The notes beneath the pieces are model-generated. The model was not told the origin of the DNA. It worked only from the letters and a program-made list of their open reading frames with translations, and did no database searches. The position numbers were made by a program, and so were the translations under genes. From the NCBI GenBank assembly GCA_963663385.2, contig CAXXXD010000004.1, positions 736,001 through 800,000 on the forward strand: a stretch of 64,000 bases of DNA, written 5' to 3'. This DNA is from Oceanispirochaeta sp. (GTDB taxonomy: Bacteria; Spirochaetota; Spirochaetia; DSM-2461). Positions 1 to 10,385 of this stretch are shown here, piece after piece. Position 1 is the stretch's first letter. Every line of letters starts with the position of its first letter.

Positions 1-2
1 TT

Positions 3-809
3 CTCTCTTCCGTTATCGACAGCTGCCTTGAAAAAGGGCTGGATGTTACGGCCGGGGGAGCCAGGTACAACCTTTCGGGAATTCAGCTGATACAGGTGGC
101 CAATGTGGCCGACTCGCTGGCCGTTATAAAACAGATGGTATTTGAAGAGAAATCCGTTACAGCTTCACAGCTGATGAACGCCCTGCGCGGAAACTGGGAC
201 GGGGAGGAGAAACTGCGTCAGCGTGTTCTGCATCATGTTCCCAAATACGGAAATGATGTGGAGTGGGTTGATGCAACGGGAAACAAATGGGTCGCCTACT
301 TTGCCGGGCGGATGAAGGAATTTAAAAATGCCCGCGGCGGTCCCTATCATACGGGGCTTTATACCGTATCGGCCCATGTCCCCATGGGGAAAAATGTCGG
401 GGCGAGCGCAGACGGCCGTTTTGCCGGTACCCCCCTGGCGGACGGTGGGATCTCAGCCATGTATGGAAGGGATAAGAAAGGGCCTACGGCACTGCTGAAA
501 TCCGTCAGCCGGATCAACTCCCTTCCCGCCAGTAACGGGACCCTCCTGAATATGAAATTCCTGCCGGATTTCTTCAAATCCGGGGAGGACCTTAAGAAGT
601 TTTCCGCCCTGCTGAAAAGTTTTGTCCGTTTGAAGATCCATCATGTCCAGTTTAATGTGGTACGGAAAGAGGATCTGCTGGCGGCACAGGAAAACCCTGA
701 AGCCTATAAGGGGCTTACCATCAGAGTCGCCGGGTACACAGCCTATTTTACGGAACTGGCAAGGGATCTGCAGGATGAGATTATCGCCCGGACCGGTTAT
801 GGCGCCTGA
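3..809 (+). CDS. Glycyl-radical enzyme (PFL-like family), 5'-truncated by window edge
   Basis: The frame is open from base 3 (LSSVIDSCLEKGLDVTAGGARYN). It has the C-terminal Gly-radical motif HVQFNV...IRVAGYTAYF and lies next to an activase. Confidence 0.93.
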   Translation, partial: LSSVIDSCLEKGLDVTAGGARYNLSGIQLIQVANVADSLAVIKQMVFEEKSVTASQLMNALRGNWDGEEKLRQRVLHHVPKYGNDVEWVDATGNKWVAYFAGRMKEFKNARGGPYHTGLYTVSAHVPMGKNVGASADGRFAGTPLADGGISAMYGRDKKGPTALLKSVSRINSLPASNGTLLNMKFLPDFFKSGEDLKKFSALLKSFVRLKIHHVQFNVVRKEDLLAAQENPEAYKGLTIRVAGYTAYFTELARDLQDEIIARTGYGA

Positions 810-823
810 AATACGGAGGAATC

Positions 824-1723
824 ATGAATTCAGTAGTGTTTGATATAAAACGTTTTGCCGTGCATGACGGGCCGGGTATAAGGAGTTCCGTTTTTTTGAA
901 GGGATGTCCCCTGAACTGTGTCTGGTGCCATAATCCCGAAGGGATCTCTCCCGAAATCCAGCTCTGGTATTTTCCGGGGCAGTGTCTGCGCTGCGGGGAC
1001 TGTATTAAAACCTGCCCTGAAGGGGCTCTTCAAATGGATGAAAAACACGGGATTGTAATAGACCGGAACCTTTGTACGAAATGCGGGAAATGCACGGAAA
1101 TATGCCCGACCGGAGCGCTTGCCTTTATCGGCAGGAATATGACAACCGACGAAGTGGTGGAGGAGCTGCTGGAAGACAGAATCTTCTACGAAGAGTCGGG
1201 CGGGGGGATTACACTGACCGGAGGGGAACCCCTGGCGCAGAGTGAAGCGGCCCTGGAAATCCTGAATAGAATGAAAGCAATGGGAATTCATACAGCAGTG
1301 GAAACATCTCTCCAGGTGCCCCGCCGTATCCTGGAAAAGTTCCTGCCCCTGGTGGACTTCTTTATGTGTGATCTGAAAATCCTGGATCCGGACAGGCATA
1401 CGGATCATGTGGGACGGGATAATCGGCTTATACTGGAGAATATTGCCTGGCTGTCTGAACAGGATGCAGAAATTCTGGTGCGGGTTCCGGTCATTCCGGG
1501 ATTTACCGATCAGCAGGAAAATCTGAAAGGAATAGCTGTTTTTCTATCCGGTCTGAATCGTTCACTGCCGGTGGAACTAATGAACTTCAATCCTCTGGCC
1601 CGGGATAAATTCCGGGTACTGGGGCGCCCATACGAACCCCGTCAGGCCTCACAGCCCTATAGGGAAAAGGAGATGAAAGGGTTCCGGGATATATTCAGAA
1701 AACAGGGACTTGAAGTAAAGTAG
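824..1723 (+). CDS. Glycyl-radical enzyme activating enzyme (radical SAM)
   Basis: HDGPGIR, CPLNCVWCHNPE (CxxxCxxC), two ferredoxin-like CxxCxxCxxxCP motifs and GGITLTGGEP. RBS GGAGG. Confidence 0.95.
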   Translation: MNSVVFDIKRFAVHDGPGIRSSVFLKGCPLNCVWCHNPEGISPEIQLWYFPGQCLRCGDCIKTCPEGALQMDEKHGIVIDRNLCTKCGKCTEICPTGALAFIGRNMTTDEVVEELLEDRIFYEESGGGITLTGGEPLAQSEAALEILNRMKAMGIHTAVETSLQVPRRILEKFLPLVDFFMCDLKILDPDRHTDHVGRDNRLILENIAWLSEQDAEILVRVPVIPGFTDQQENLKGIAVFLSGLNRSLPVELMNFNPLARDKFRVLGRPYEPRQASQPYREKEMKGFRDIFRKQGLEVK

Positions 1724-1724
1724 A

Positions 1725-4700
1725 TTATCCCGGATCCCGGGGCAGGCAGACAGACACGACTGTTCCTGTTTCTTCCGATGTGTGCATGTCTATGGAACCG
1801 CCAATGGTTTCAATCATCAGTTTGGCGCTGTAGGTGCCAAGTCCCCGGCCGCTGGTTTTTCCGTGGGATACGTATTTATCGAAGAAATGATTCCTTATCT
1901 CCTCCGGTACAGTACCCTGATTACATACTTCAATCAGGATTTCAGTTCTTTTGTCTGCCGTATTAATATGAACAACACTGCTTTCCGGGGAGGCTTCGAT
2001 GGCATTTTTTATCAGATTGGAAAGGGCTGTATAGCAGAGCACCTCCTCTCCTTTTATTTCCAGTTTATGGAAGGACTCGAGAGGGATTTTTCCCATCATA
2101 AAGGACAGGTCTATATTTTTCTTTTCTGCGGTGAGACTCATTTCCTCCCGGATGTTCTGCATGGTTTCTGCAACATTGAATAGAACCGGTTCGAACATGT
2201 ACTCCCCCGATTCAAGTCTGCTTATATCAAGGTAGCGGTTGATTATTTCCAGCATTCTGTTCCCCGCACTGCTGATTTTACCCAGGTACTCCCGATTCCG
2301 GCCTTTGAATTCTCCCGATTCCATCAGGATCTGAGGATAGCCTATAATGCTGTTCAGGGGGGATTTCAGATCATGACGTATAATCCTTTCCATGTCCTCC
2401 CTGAATTTCTCATGCTTCCTGTCTTCTGTAATATTCCGTTTCACTCCCCTGAATCCGGTCAGTTCGCCGGAACTGTCCAGTATGGGAACAGCGCTGGTTT
2501 CAATAATGACGGGATTCCCTTTTTTATGTATATCCGTATGGACATGCCGGGATATGCTGTCCCGGCTTGCAAGCAGCCTATTGAATACTTTACGGACAGA
2601 TTCCCTCTCCCTTTTGTCTATATAATCAAAAAAAGATGTGCCAATCAGTTCTTCCGGCGTACGGCCTGTAAAATCTGCCGAACGGGGGCTTATATAGGTT
2701 AGCTCCCCTTCTGTGTTGATCTCCCAGAACAGTTCAAGGGAATTTTCAATCAGATCCTGAAACCTTTCCTTTGTATACTTTAAAGAACTCTGGGTACTAA
2801 TCTTCTGAACAGCCAGGGCAAAGACACGGGAAATCCTCTCTATCAGTTCCTGTTCTCTCTCTGAATACCCGTCTTTTCTGTTGAAGAATGCAAAAATGTA
2901 GTATTCATCTTCCTTAAAGGCAAAGGGATAAATTATGAAATTCCCGTAGCAGTTCTCCTTTGGTTTATTTTCAATAACAGGGCATTTCAGGTTTACCCTT
3001 TTCAGGACATTACGGTTGTACTCGTTCCTTTTCATACCCATTCCGGAAAATGCCCCGGTTTTCTGCACTGTATAATCGGGAGAAGAGGTTACCGTAGCAA
3101 TAAATCCCTTTTGACTCTCCATTATGGCAGTCATGCTCTCAAGAAGGGATGCGGTCAGTGATTCCTGTGAATAGTCAATGGATAAGAGTTGTTCCACTGT
3201 CTGGGAAACAAAGGAGTTGGCCCTCAGTTTCCATTCCATCCCTTCCTGATAGGTTTTCATTTCTGTTATTTCCTGCAGTGTTCCAAAAAGATACAGGAGA
3301 CTGCCCTGCTCATTCAGTTCCGGCAGCACAGTGCATTTCACCCAGCACAGATCACGGCTTTTGGTGAAATAGCGGAATTCAATCTCTCTCCTTTCAAGGG
3401 TTTCCGATACGTCCCTGATTGTATTCCTCACAGCATCCCTATCATCATTATGGATGTGATATTTAAAATGTTCAGTCGTCGGTTCAAACTCCCCCGGAAT
3501 ATACCCGAGCATCCTGAATACCTGATCGGACCAGAAAAAAGTCCCATCCCCGAGGTATATTTCAAAACTCCCCAAGCAGGCAATTTCCTGAGCGAATTTC
3601 AAACGGCTTTCGTTCCTGACGACTTTCTGCCTTGCTTCATGCAGTTCCGTAATATCCTGATCGAAACCGATTGTTCTCAAAGGATTTCCGGAAGGATCGG
3701 ATTCCATATGGCAGGATCTTTTTATCTGTTTAATCCTGCCGTCTTTCATCTTCAGTCTATGATATAATGTGTAGGATTCCCTGATATTGTTTTTGAACCT
3801 GTCCAGCACCCGTTTGCGGTCTTCCGGATGGATGGTGTCTATGAATACATTGAATCTTTCCTGCCGGGGATCTCCGTTGAACTCAAATATCTCGGTCAGC
3901 CCGTCTGTCCAGTTCAGTTCCCCGGTTTGATGGTTATACTCCCATCGGCCAAGCTTGACTGCCTGGTGGAGTTTGGCCCACATCCTTTTGGATTTCTGCA
4001 ACTCTGTGACATCCCGTATCAGGCAGATCAATAGAAGTTCTTTTTCGATTGTCACAGGAGTTGTCTTTATTTCAAACTCAAAAATGTCTCCGTTTTTATG
4101 GGCAATTTCAATGGGGGAGTTATTATTGAAATTCTCATTGATCAGATCTTCCGCAGAGCGGGGGTAGAAATCAAAGATGCAGCGGTTCTGTAACTCCGCT
4201 GCCTTATAGCCGATCAGATTGCACATGGTGCTGTTGGCCATGGATATCTTCCAGTCCGAGATACGGCAGAGGAAAATCCCTTCAGAAGTATTTTCAAAAA
4301 CACCCCTGAACTGTTCTCTGCTGCAGTGCAGTTTATCCTTTTCTTTCTTCAGCTGCTGCTCCAGTCTGATCCTGCTGCTTATATCCTGTCCGGTTGAAAG
4401 GATTTCAGTCAGCTCTCCCCTGGTGTTGTATATTCCCTTGTTGGTCCAGTTTATCCACACCCTCTCACCATTACGGCGTATATTTTCATTCACATTGGAT
4501 ATGAAATCATCGGGTTTCTGCAGAAGGCTCTGAAAAAGGTGATTAAGGAATACTTCCTGTGAATCGACCTTGGGAATCAATGTTCCCAATAGGTACTTTC
4601 CAATGATCTCCTTTGGGGTATATCCGTAAAAATCCAATCCGAACTGATTGAGAAACAGGATCTTCCCTTTATTGTCGAATTTGATGATGATGGCGTTTGC

Positions 4701-5075
4701 CATCTCAACAAGGTCCTTGTATTCCTGTTTTTCTATCTGCTTAATAACGGGAGTCTTCTGACGATTGAGGACTTTTTCAATGGAAGATTGTAATTGTCCT
4801 TCTGTCAGGGTTCCCTTTTCGCTGACAGAAAGGCTGACAATCGGGATATACTGGCGCGAATGAATTGTATCAATGGTTTCAATCCAGTCTATTCCATCGC
4901 CCTTGCGGGCATCTATAAGGATCATATCCGGTTCAAGGCGGTTAACTTCTTCCATCAGCCCCGATTGACATAGAGCTGTCCTTATTCTTGTATATCCCAG
5001 GGACGCCAATAGCTTCTTTATATCCTTGTTACCGGACTCGTCCCTGCCTGCCAGTAATATATGAGTTCTATCCAT
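1725..5075 (-). CDS. Multi-PAS sensor histidine kinase with degenerate N-terminal receiver-like domain
   Basis: Several PAS/PAC repeats, H-box IIRHDLKSPLNSI, N-box NLIKNAIEAS and GRGLGTY. Confidence 0.9.
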   Translation of the reverse strand: MDRTHILLAGRDESGNKDIKKLLASLGYTRIRTALCQSGLMEEVNRLEPDMILIDARKGDGIDWIETIDTIHSRQYIPIVSLSVSEKGTLTEGQLQSSIEKVLNRQKTPVIKQIEKQEYKDLVEMANAIIIKFDNKGKILFLNQFGLDFYGYTPKEIIGKYLLGTLIPKVDSQEVFLNHLFQSLLQKPDDFISNVNENIRRNGERVWINWTNKGIYNTRGELTEILSTGQDISSRIRLEQQLKKEKDKLHCSREQFRGVFENTSEGIFLCRISDWKISMANSTMCNLIGYKAAELQNRCIFDFYPRSAEDLINENFNNNSPIEIAHKNGDIFEFEIKTTPVTIEKELLLICLIRDVTELQKSKRMWAKLHQAVKLGRWEYNHQTGELNWTDGLTEIFEFNGDPRQERFNVFIDTIHPEDRKRVLDRFKNNIRESYTLYHRLKMKDGRIKQIKRSCHMESDPSGNPLRTIGFDQDITELHEARQKVVRNESRLKFAQEIACLGSFEIYLGDGTFFWSDQVFRMLGYIPGEFEPTTEHFKYHIHNDDRDAVRNTIRDVSETLERREIEFRYFTKSRDLCWVKCTVLPELNEQGSLLYLFGTLQEITEMKTYQEGMEWKLRANSFVSQTVEQLLSIDYSQESLTASLLESMTAIMESQKGFIATVTSSPDYTVQKTGAFSGMGMKRNEYNRNVLKRVNLKCPVIENKPKENCYGNFIIYPFAFKEDEYYIFAFFNRKDGYSEREQELIERISRVFALAVQKISTQSSLKYTKERFQDLIENSLELFWEINTEGELTYISPRSADFTGRTPEELIGTSFFDYIDKRERESVRKVFNRLLASRDSISRHVHTDIHKKGNPVIIETSAVPILDSSGELTGFRGVKRNITEDRKHEKFREDMERIIRHDLKSPLNSIIGYPQILMESGEFKGRNREYLGKISSAGNRMLEIINRYLDISRLESGEYMFEPVLFNVAETMQNIREEMSLTAEKKNIDLSFMMGKIPLESFHKLEIKGEEVLCYTALSNLIKNAIEASPESSVVHINTADKRTEILIEVCNQGTVPEEIRNHFFDKYVSHGKTSGRGLGTYSAKLMIETIGGSIDMHTSEETGTVVSVCLPRDPG

Positions 5076-5268
5076 AACAGATTCCTGATGTGAATTTATT
5101 TCCAGTTTTAATAGAATTCTACATTGATTATTGAATAATAATTCATAATTTTAATAATTGCGAATGGAAAACCGCCTCTTTCCGGAAGATTGTCAGCCAA
5201 TGCTGGATGTTTCCCCTCCGGCAGTTTATAGTGTAGTCTGCCAACTTTAAGATTCAGGGAGAATCATT

Positions 5269-6141
5269 ATGAAACCGTACCGTTTTCTCGATCAGGACAA
5301 ACAGGTCCAGGACTACCTGATATCATTGAGGGAACGGGACGTCCAGGTGACAGCCGTCGATCTGGAGGGAGAATTCAATCTTCATCACTATGGGGAGCAT
5401 CTCTGTCTTGTTCAGATCTTTGATGGCCGTGATTCTGTTATTATTGATCCCCAGACTGTCCGGATAAGTCTTATTAAAGAGTTCTTTGAAGATCCTTCGC
5501 TAAAGAAAATTTTTTATGACTGCTCCGGTGACCGAACCCTTCTGTACAGACAGTATGGGATCAGTTTAACCGCCGTTATTGATTTGCTGCCGGCCGTGGA
5601 ACTGCTGGAACTTGAGAAGAAAGGATTGGGTAAAGTTCTGACAGCCGTACTCGGTCTGGAAGAGAAAAACAAGAAAAAATTCCAGCGCTATAACTGGATG
5701 AAAAGACCCATACGGGAAGATGCCCTTGTCTATGCCATAGAGGATGTTGAATACCTGTATGAATTAAAAGAAAAACTGATGAGCGATATTGAGAAAAGAG
5801 GCCTTTTTGAGGAGTATGAAAGACTGAATCACGAGGTTCAGTCAAAGCCGGTGGCACTGGAAGCCGTCCCCGGACTCTTTAAAAAAAACCGTTTTAAAAA
5901 ACTGCCTCCGGAAGCTAAAGAACTGTTCAGGGAGCTTTATTATGTTCGGGACGAGTACGCCCAGCGGATGGACCTGCCTCCTAACTCCGTCATTGCCAAT
6001 GAAGACCTGTACGGGTTGTCCCTGTCCCGTATGGCCTCCTGTGATATCGCCTTTTCCAGACAGGTCTCTCAAAAGTTCATTCCATCTCTTCTGAAGGATG
6101 TTGACAGGGTCCTTTCCCGGAATCCCGCGCATTCCGGATAA
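5269..6141 (+). CDS. RNase D-like 3'-5' exonuclease with HRDC domain
   Basis: AVDLEGE, LCLVQI, WMKRP...YAIEDV, and HRDC-like RDEYAQRMDLPPNSVI. Confidence 0.85.
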   Translation: MKPYRFLDQDKQVQDYLISLRERDVQVTAVDLEGEFNLHHYGEHLCLVQIFDGRDSVIIDPQTVRISLIKEFFEDPSLKKIFYDCSGDRTLLYRQYGISLTAVIDLLPAVELLELEKKGLGKVLTAVLGLEEKNKKKFQRYNWMKRPIREDALVYAIEDVEYLYELKEKLMSDIEKRGLFEEYERLNHEVQSKPVALEAVPGLFKKNRFKKLPPEAKELFRELYYVRDEYAQRMDLPPNSVIANEDLYGLSLSRMASCDIAFSRQVSQKFIPSLLKDVDRVLSRNPAHSG

Positions 6142-6171
6142 CACCGGATAACACCGGATAACACCGGATAA
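6134..6171. repeat. Tandem repeat of 10-bp unit CCGGATAACA (3 full copies plus 8 bp)
   Basis: Read directly. The first copy contains the RNase D stop codon. Confidence 0.95.
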
Positions 6172-6257
6172 TGGGAATCCTGACAAAATGGATCGTCAGT
6201 ATGATATTTCTCTTGAAAAGCGCATTTTAGTATTCTAGTCTTTAGTTTACTAAAATC

Positions 6258-9203
6258 GTGAAAGACATTATGCAGAGTGAATTCTATAATAAAATCCTGA
6301 ACTCGGTACACGACCATATTGTAGTAGTATCGGATGATTTTCATATCATTTATCACAACTACAGTTTTGAAACCCTTCTTCTGCTGCTGGGAAAGGATCA
6401 GTCTGTTTTCCGCGGCAGGGATCTGAGGAGTGTTCTGCCGCAGCCTCTTAAGGACATTATCCCTTCTATAGAGGAGTGTTTCAGACGGGGCGAGATCATC
6501 CGGCAGACACTCTCGCTTAGTATTTTAAATACACCCACCTATCTTAAACTGGTTGCTATTCCGGATTATTCGGGAAATACCGTTCAGAATATTCAGATTA
6601 TTTTGCGGAATACCACCGATGTGGAGCTCCAGAGGCGGGAGCTGAATCAGAAGGTTCAGTTTTTTTCCCAGTTGGTCCGTTATGCCCCCTTAGGGGTTTT
6701 TCTTATCGATCTGGATAATACCAGTATGACTATCTCACACTGGAACCCGGCTATGTCCGATAATTTTTCCCTGAGTGAATCTGAAGTCTTCGGTCGGGAT
6801 TTAAAGGATATATACCCTTTTTCCGATCTTTATGAAGAGATTTCCCCCGCTATTCATGCCATAACTCAAACAGGGCTCTTCTATAAGATCCCTGAGCTGA
6901 CCATCCCTCCTCTCCGAAAGGATTCCGGTTCTGTCCGATACTTCTATCTTAATCTTGTCCCGATAAAACAGGATTCCGGACCTATATATAATGTCCTGGG
7001 CATTATGGATGATATTACAGAGCAAACTCTGGAAGACAGGAAACTTCAGAAGTATAAAAGCAGGCTGGAATCCAGCCTTGAAAAAACTTCCAATCAGCTG
7101 GATGAAACTACGGCTGAAATATCATCCATTTTGAACAACTCTTCGGGAGTCTGCATTTTTTCTCTGGACAGTAATCTGAATTACAGGGTTTTCAACGCCT
7201 ATCACAAACTGCTGATGGCCAGGATCTTTAACAGGGAAATAAGGAAAGGTGATTCCTATCTGGAGTTGATCGCTTCCAATCCGGCCTTTCATGATCTTAT
7301 GGAAAAATACCTGAAAAATGCATTGTACGGTGTAATTGTCAAGACAGAAACTGAACTGATAGCTGATATAAGGGAACCGCAGTTCTACGATACCCTTATT
7401 ACTCCCCTCTATTCAGAGAAGCAGGAGATTAAAGGCGTCACGGTCATTCTGATAGATACAACAGATCTGAGGCGGTCCGAAAAGGAAGCGTTTATATTCA
7501 AGACTGTTGCTGATAATGCCAGCTATGGCGTAATGATTACTGACGAGACGTTTCAGATACACTATTGCAACAGATATTGGGAGAATCTTTTCGGTTATGC
7601 TGAATATTCTCTGACCGGGAAAAAAGCGGATCTCATCTTCCATGAGAAAAATCTTACCCGGATCAGGCAGTCCATCAGGAAATTCAGAGAAGGCGGCGGA
7701 GCCATGAGTCAGCTGGAACTGGATCTGAAGACAGTCGACCATGAACATATGACTGTTCTTCTGAATATTGTCGTATACGGAAAAGACAAATCAAACCCCG
7801 AAGGCATTGCTTTTACCTGCATGGATATTACTCCTATGAAAGATGCCAGGGAAGCCATCATCCTTGCCCGTGACAATGCGGAAAAAGCTTCTGTTATGAA
7901 AAGCTCTTTTGTGGCGAATATGAGCCATGAAATCCGTACGCCCTTAAACAGTATTATCGGTTTTTCCCGGCTTCTTGAAGCTGAGCTGACCAGTGATAAA
8001 CAGAAGGGTCTGCTGAACAGTCTGGTCGCCAGCAGCCGGATACTGAAGGGACTTATCAGTGATATCCTGGACTTTTCCAAGATCGAAGCAGGCAAAATGA
8101 CTCTGGCTTCCGATATCATTGAATCCCGGGATTTCTTTATACAGCTTTTTCAGATGTTCAGTATTCAGGCGGGGAATAAAAATCTGACCTTTTCCGTTGT
8201 GTCCCGTGGAAAAATCCCGAAGCGGTTTGTTTCGGACAGCATACGGGTCAGGCAGGTCCTTATAAACCTGCTGGGAAACGCCATGAAATTTACAGGCAGC
8301 GGAATTGTGACCCTTTCAATTGAATATGCGGCAGAAGAGAGGCAGTTTATCATGTCAGTAGCCGATTCGGGGGTGGGGATCCCCGCGGCAGATATCAATC
8401 TGATCTTTAATCCCTTTGAACAGAAAGAAAAAGAGGATAAAAGACGGTTTGAAGGAACAGGTCTGGGATTATCCATTACCAAACAGCTGATAGAGCTGAT
8501 GAACGGCGCAATCAGTGTCAGCAGCGAAGAGTATAAAGGGAGTCTGTTCCGCATTGTCATCCCTGTTGAAACCTATGGAAACGATGTCATTGATTTGCCT
8601 GAATGGTCGTTCGTCCCGGAAATACAGATCGAGAATCCCGTTTGCTACAGCACTGTCTCTTTTCCGGAATATCCAGGGTTTCAGAAAAAATGGGGGTATA
8701 CCCTGGTGTATGCTGCAAACCCCGATGACCTTCCAGCAGATGTTCTGACGGACCGGTCGTCCATTTTGATACATAAATATTCCGAAACTGTTTCCGTCTA
8801 TAATGATATGGCCCGAATATGTCTCTGTTCCCCTGATGAAATCCTGAACCGGGAAGACAGCGCCGCTGTTAAGTATATTATTGAAGGCCTGTCCGATGAG
8901 AGTGTTTTTGCCAAAGTGCGCAGCTGTCTGGCGGCCCTGAATCAGGGCCGTATGGAAAAGGAGCCTGACTTCTCACTGTTGAGCGGCGGGGATATCGACG
9001 TTCTTCTTCATGCTGTTGAAACAAAGGATTCGACGGAGATCCGAAAAATGGCTGTCATTCTGAAAAACTGCGGCACCGATGGTTCTGTCCTGTCAGAAGA
9101 GGTGATGGACGCCCTGGAGAATTTCGAGATTCCCCGGCTGAATTCCAAACTGGAAAAAGTGGCAAACAGCCTTAAGGAGTATATAGGAGGTTCTCATGAA
9201 TAA
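6258..9203 (+). CDS. PAS-domain sensor histidine kinase
   Basis: PAS repeats, FVANMSHEIRTPLNSIIGF, QVLINLLGNAMKFT, DSGVGI and GTGLGLSI. Confidence 0.92.
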   Translation: MKDIMQSEFYNKILNSVHDHIVVVSDDFHIIYHNYSFETLLLLLGKDQSVFRGRDLRSVLPQPLKDIIPSIEECFRRGEIIRQTLSLSILNTPTYLKLVAIPDYSGNTVQNIQIILRNTTDVELQRRELNQKVQFFSQLVRYAPLGVFLIDLDNTSMTISHWNPAMSDNFSLSESEVFGRDLKDIYPFSDLYEEISPAIHAITQTGLFYKIPELTIPPLRKDSGSVRYFYLNLVPIKQDSGPIYNVLGIMDDITEQTLEDRKLQKYKSRLESSLEKTSNQLDETTAEISSILNNSSGVCIFSLDSNLNYRVFNAYHKLLMARIFNREIRKGDSYLELIASNPAFHDLMEKYLKNALYGVIVKTETELIADIREPQFYDTLITPLYSEKQEIKGVTVILIDTTDLRRSEKEAFIFKTVADNASYGVMITDETFQIHYCNRYWENLFGYAEYSLTGKKADLIFHEKNLTRIRQSIRKFREGGGAMSQLELDLKTVDHEHMTVLLNIVVYGKDKSNPEGIAFTCMDITPMKDAREAIILARDNAEKASVMKSSFVANMSHEIRTPLNSIIGFSRLLEAELTSDKQKGLLNSLVASSRILKGLISDILDFSKIEAGKMTLASDIIESRDFFIQLFQMFSIQAGNKNLTFSVVSRGKIPKRFVSDSIRVRQVLINLLGNAMKFTGSGIVTLSIEYAAEERQFIMSVADSGVGIPAADINLIFNPFEQKEKEDKRRFEGTGLGLSITKQLIELMNGAISVSSEEYKGSLFRIVIPVETYGNDVIDLPEWSFVPEIQIENPVCYSTVSFPEYPGFQKKWGYTLVYAANPDDLPADVLTDRSSILIHKYSETVSVYNDMARICLCSPDEILNREDSAAVKYIIEGLSDESVFAKVRSCLAALNQGRMEKEPDFSLLSGGDIDVLLHAVETKDSTEIRKMAVILKNCGTDGSVLSEEVMDALENFEIPRLNSKLEKVANSLKEYIGGSHE

Positions 9204-10383
9204 GAAGCGGATCCTGGTTGTTGATGATACGGCTCCCAATCTAAAACTTCTGGGAAACATACTGCAGGCGACATACTCTCTCAGTTTCGCGACCAGCGGA
9301 GGGGACGCTTTGAAAATCCTGGAGAAATTTCACCCGGATCTGATCCTGCTGGATATTATGATGCCCGGTATGGACGGATTTGAAGTGTGCAGAAGAGTGA
9401 AAGCCAACCCCGTTCTGAACGGGATTCCCATTTTGTTTATTACAGCCAAGGCGGATAAGGAAAGCGTCATAAGGAGCTATGAGCTGGGAGGCGAAGGATA
9501 CATTCTCAAACCGTTTGAAATGGATGATGTTTTAGACCGGGTAAGGAAACTGATACCCCAGTCAGATCAGGATTCATCCGGCAGCCTCAGCCGGGAACTT
9601 TATCCCGTCAACCCGCTTATGCAGAAAAACAGGATCAGAAATTACAAACTTTATATCAGTATGATTAAAAAAGATCTGGGCAGCAAGCTCAATGAGATTG
9701 AGGAAAATGTTGCAAATCTCGTGACATCTGTTCCGACGCTGATTAAATATCTGGAGGATATGGAGAACCTGATATTCAATCTGGATAAAAAAAGCCTTCA
9801 ATCCGTAGAAAGGATGTATGAAAAGGTTCAAGCAGATAAACTGAATCCTGATCTGGTCAGCGCCATACACTCCTTTTATGAGGAAATACAGAAAACCCAG
9901 TTTCGGCTTGTAGATATAACATCAGAACTCTGGGAGGATACACCTGCTTCCCCAATGGATTTTTTTCCTGTCTCTCTTATCAGAACTCTGGAGTCCGCCT
10001 TTCCCGGGTATATTTCCTTTTACAGGGAGGAAGGAGCAAATCCCTATATTACCGGATCTGAATCCTCTTTTATGCAGGTTGTTCTTTCTCTGGTGGATAA
10101 TGCCATTGAGGCGGCGATTCCAGATAATATAAAACCGGAAATAGTCATCCGTATGGAAAAAGGTGAGGGGAGTCTGATTTTCCATATTGAAGATAACGGG
10201 TGCGGTATAGGCCGTGAAGATTTTCAGACCCTGGTTAAACCGTTTTTTTCCGGAAAGAAAAACAATCCGGGGCTTGGGCTGACAGCGGTGGAATGGTTGA
10301 TGACCAGGGAATTCAAGGGACATTTCTCTCTGGAAAATAGAGAGAACGGGTGCAGGGCCTCCCTGGTTTTTCCGGTGAACTGA
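9196..10383 (+). CDS. Receiver domain plus HATPase_c protein (hybrid kinase-like, H-box degenerate)
   Basis: ILVVDD...DLILLDIMMPGMDG...YILKPF, then LVDNAIEA, DNGCGI, PFFSGK and GLGL. Overlaps the upstream kinase. Confidence 0.85.
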   Translation: MNKKRILVVDDTAPNLKLLGNILQATYSLSFATSGGDALKILEKFHPDLILLDIMMPGMDGFEVCRRVKANPVLNGIPILFITAKADKESVIRSYELGGEGYILKPFEMDDVLDRVRKLIPQSDQDSSGSLSRELYPVNPLMQKNRIRNYKLYISMIKKDLGSKLNEIEENVANLVTSVPTLIKYLEDMENLIFNLDKKSLQSVERMYEKVQADKLNPDLVSAIHSFYEEIQKTQFRLVDITSELWEDTPASPMDFFPVSLIRTLESAFPGYISFYREEGANPYITGSESSFMQVVLSLVDNAIEAAIPDNIKPEIVIRMEKGEGSLIFHIEDNGCGIGREDFQTLVKPFFSGKKNNPGLGLTAVEWLMTREFKGHFSLENRENGCRASLVFPVN

Positions 10384-10385
10384 CC

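Noticed and set aside
6134..6171. Repeat considered as a mini-CRISPR
   Set aside because: The 10-bp units have no spacers and there are no cas genes.
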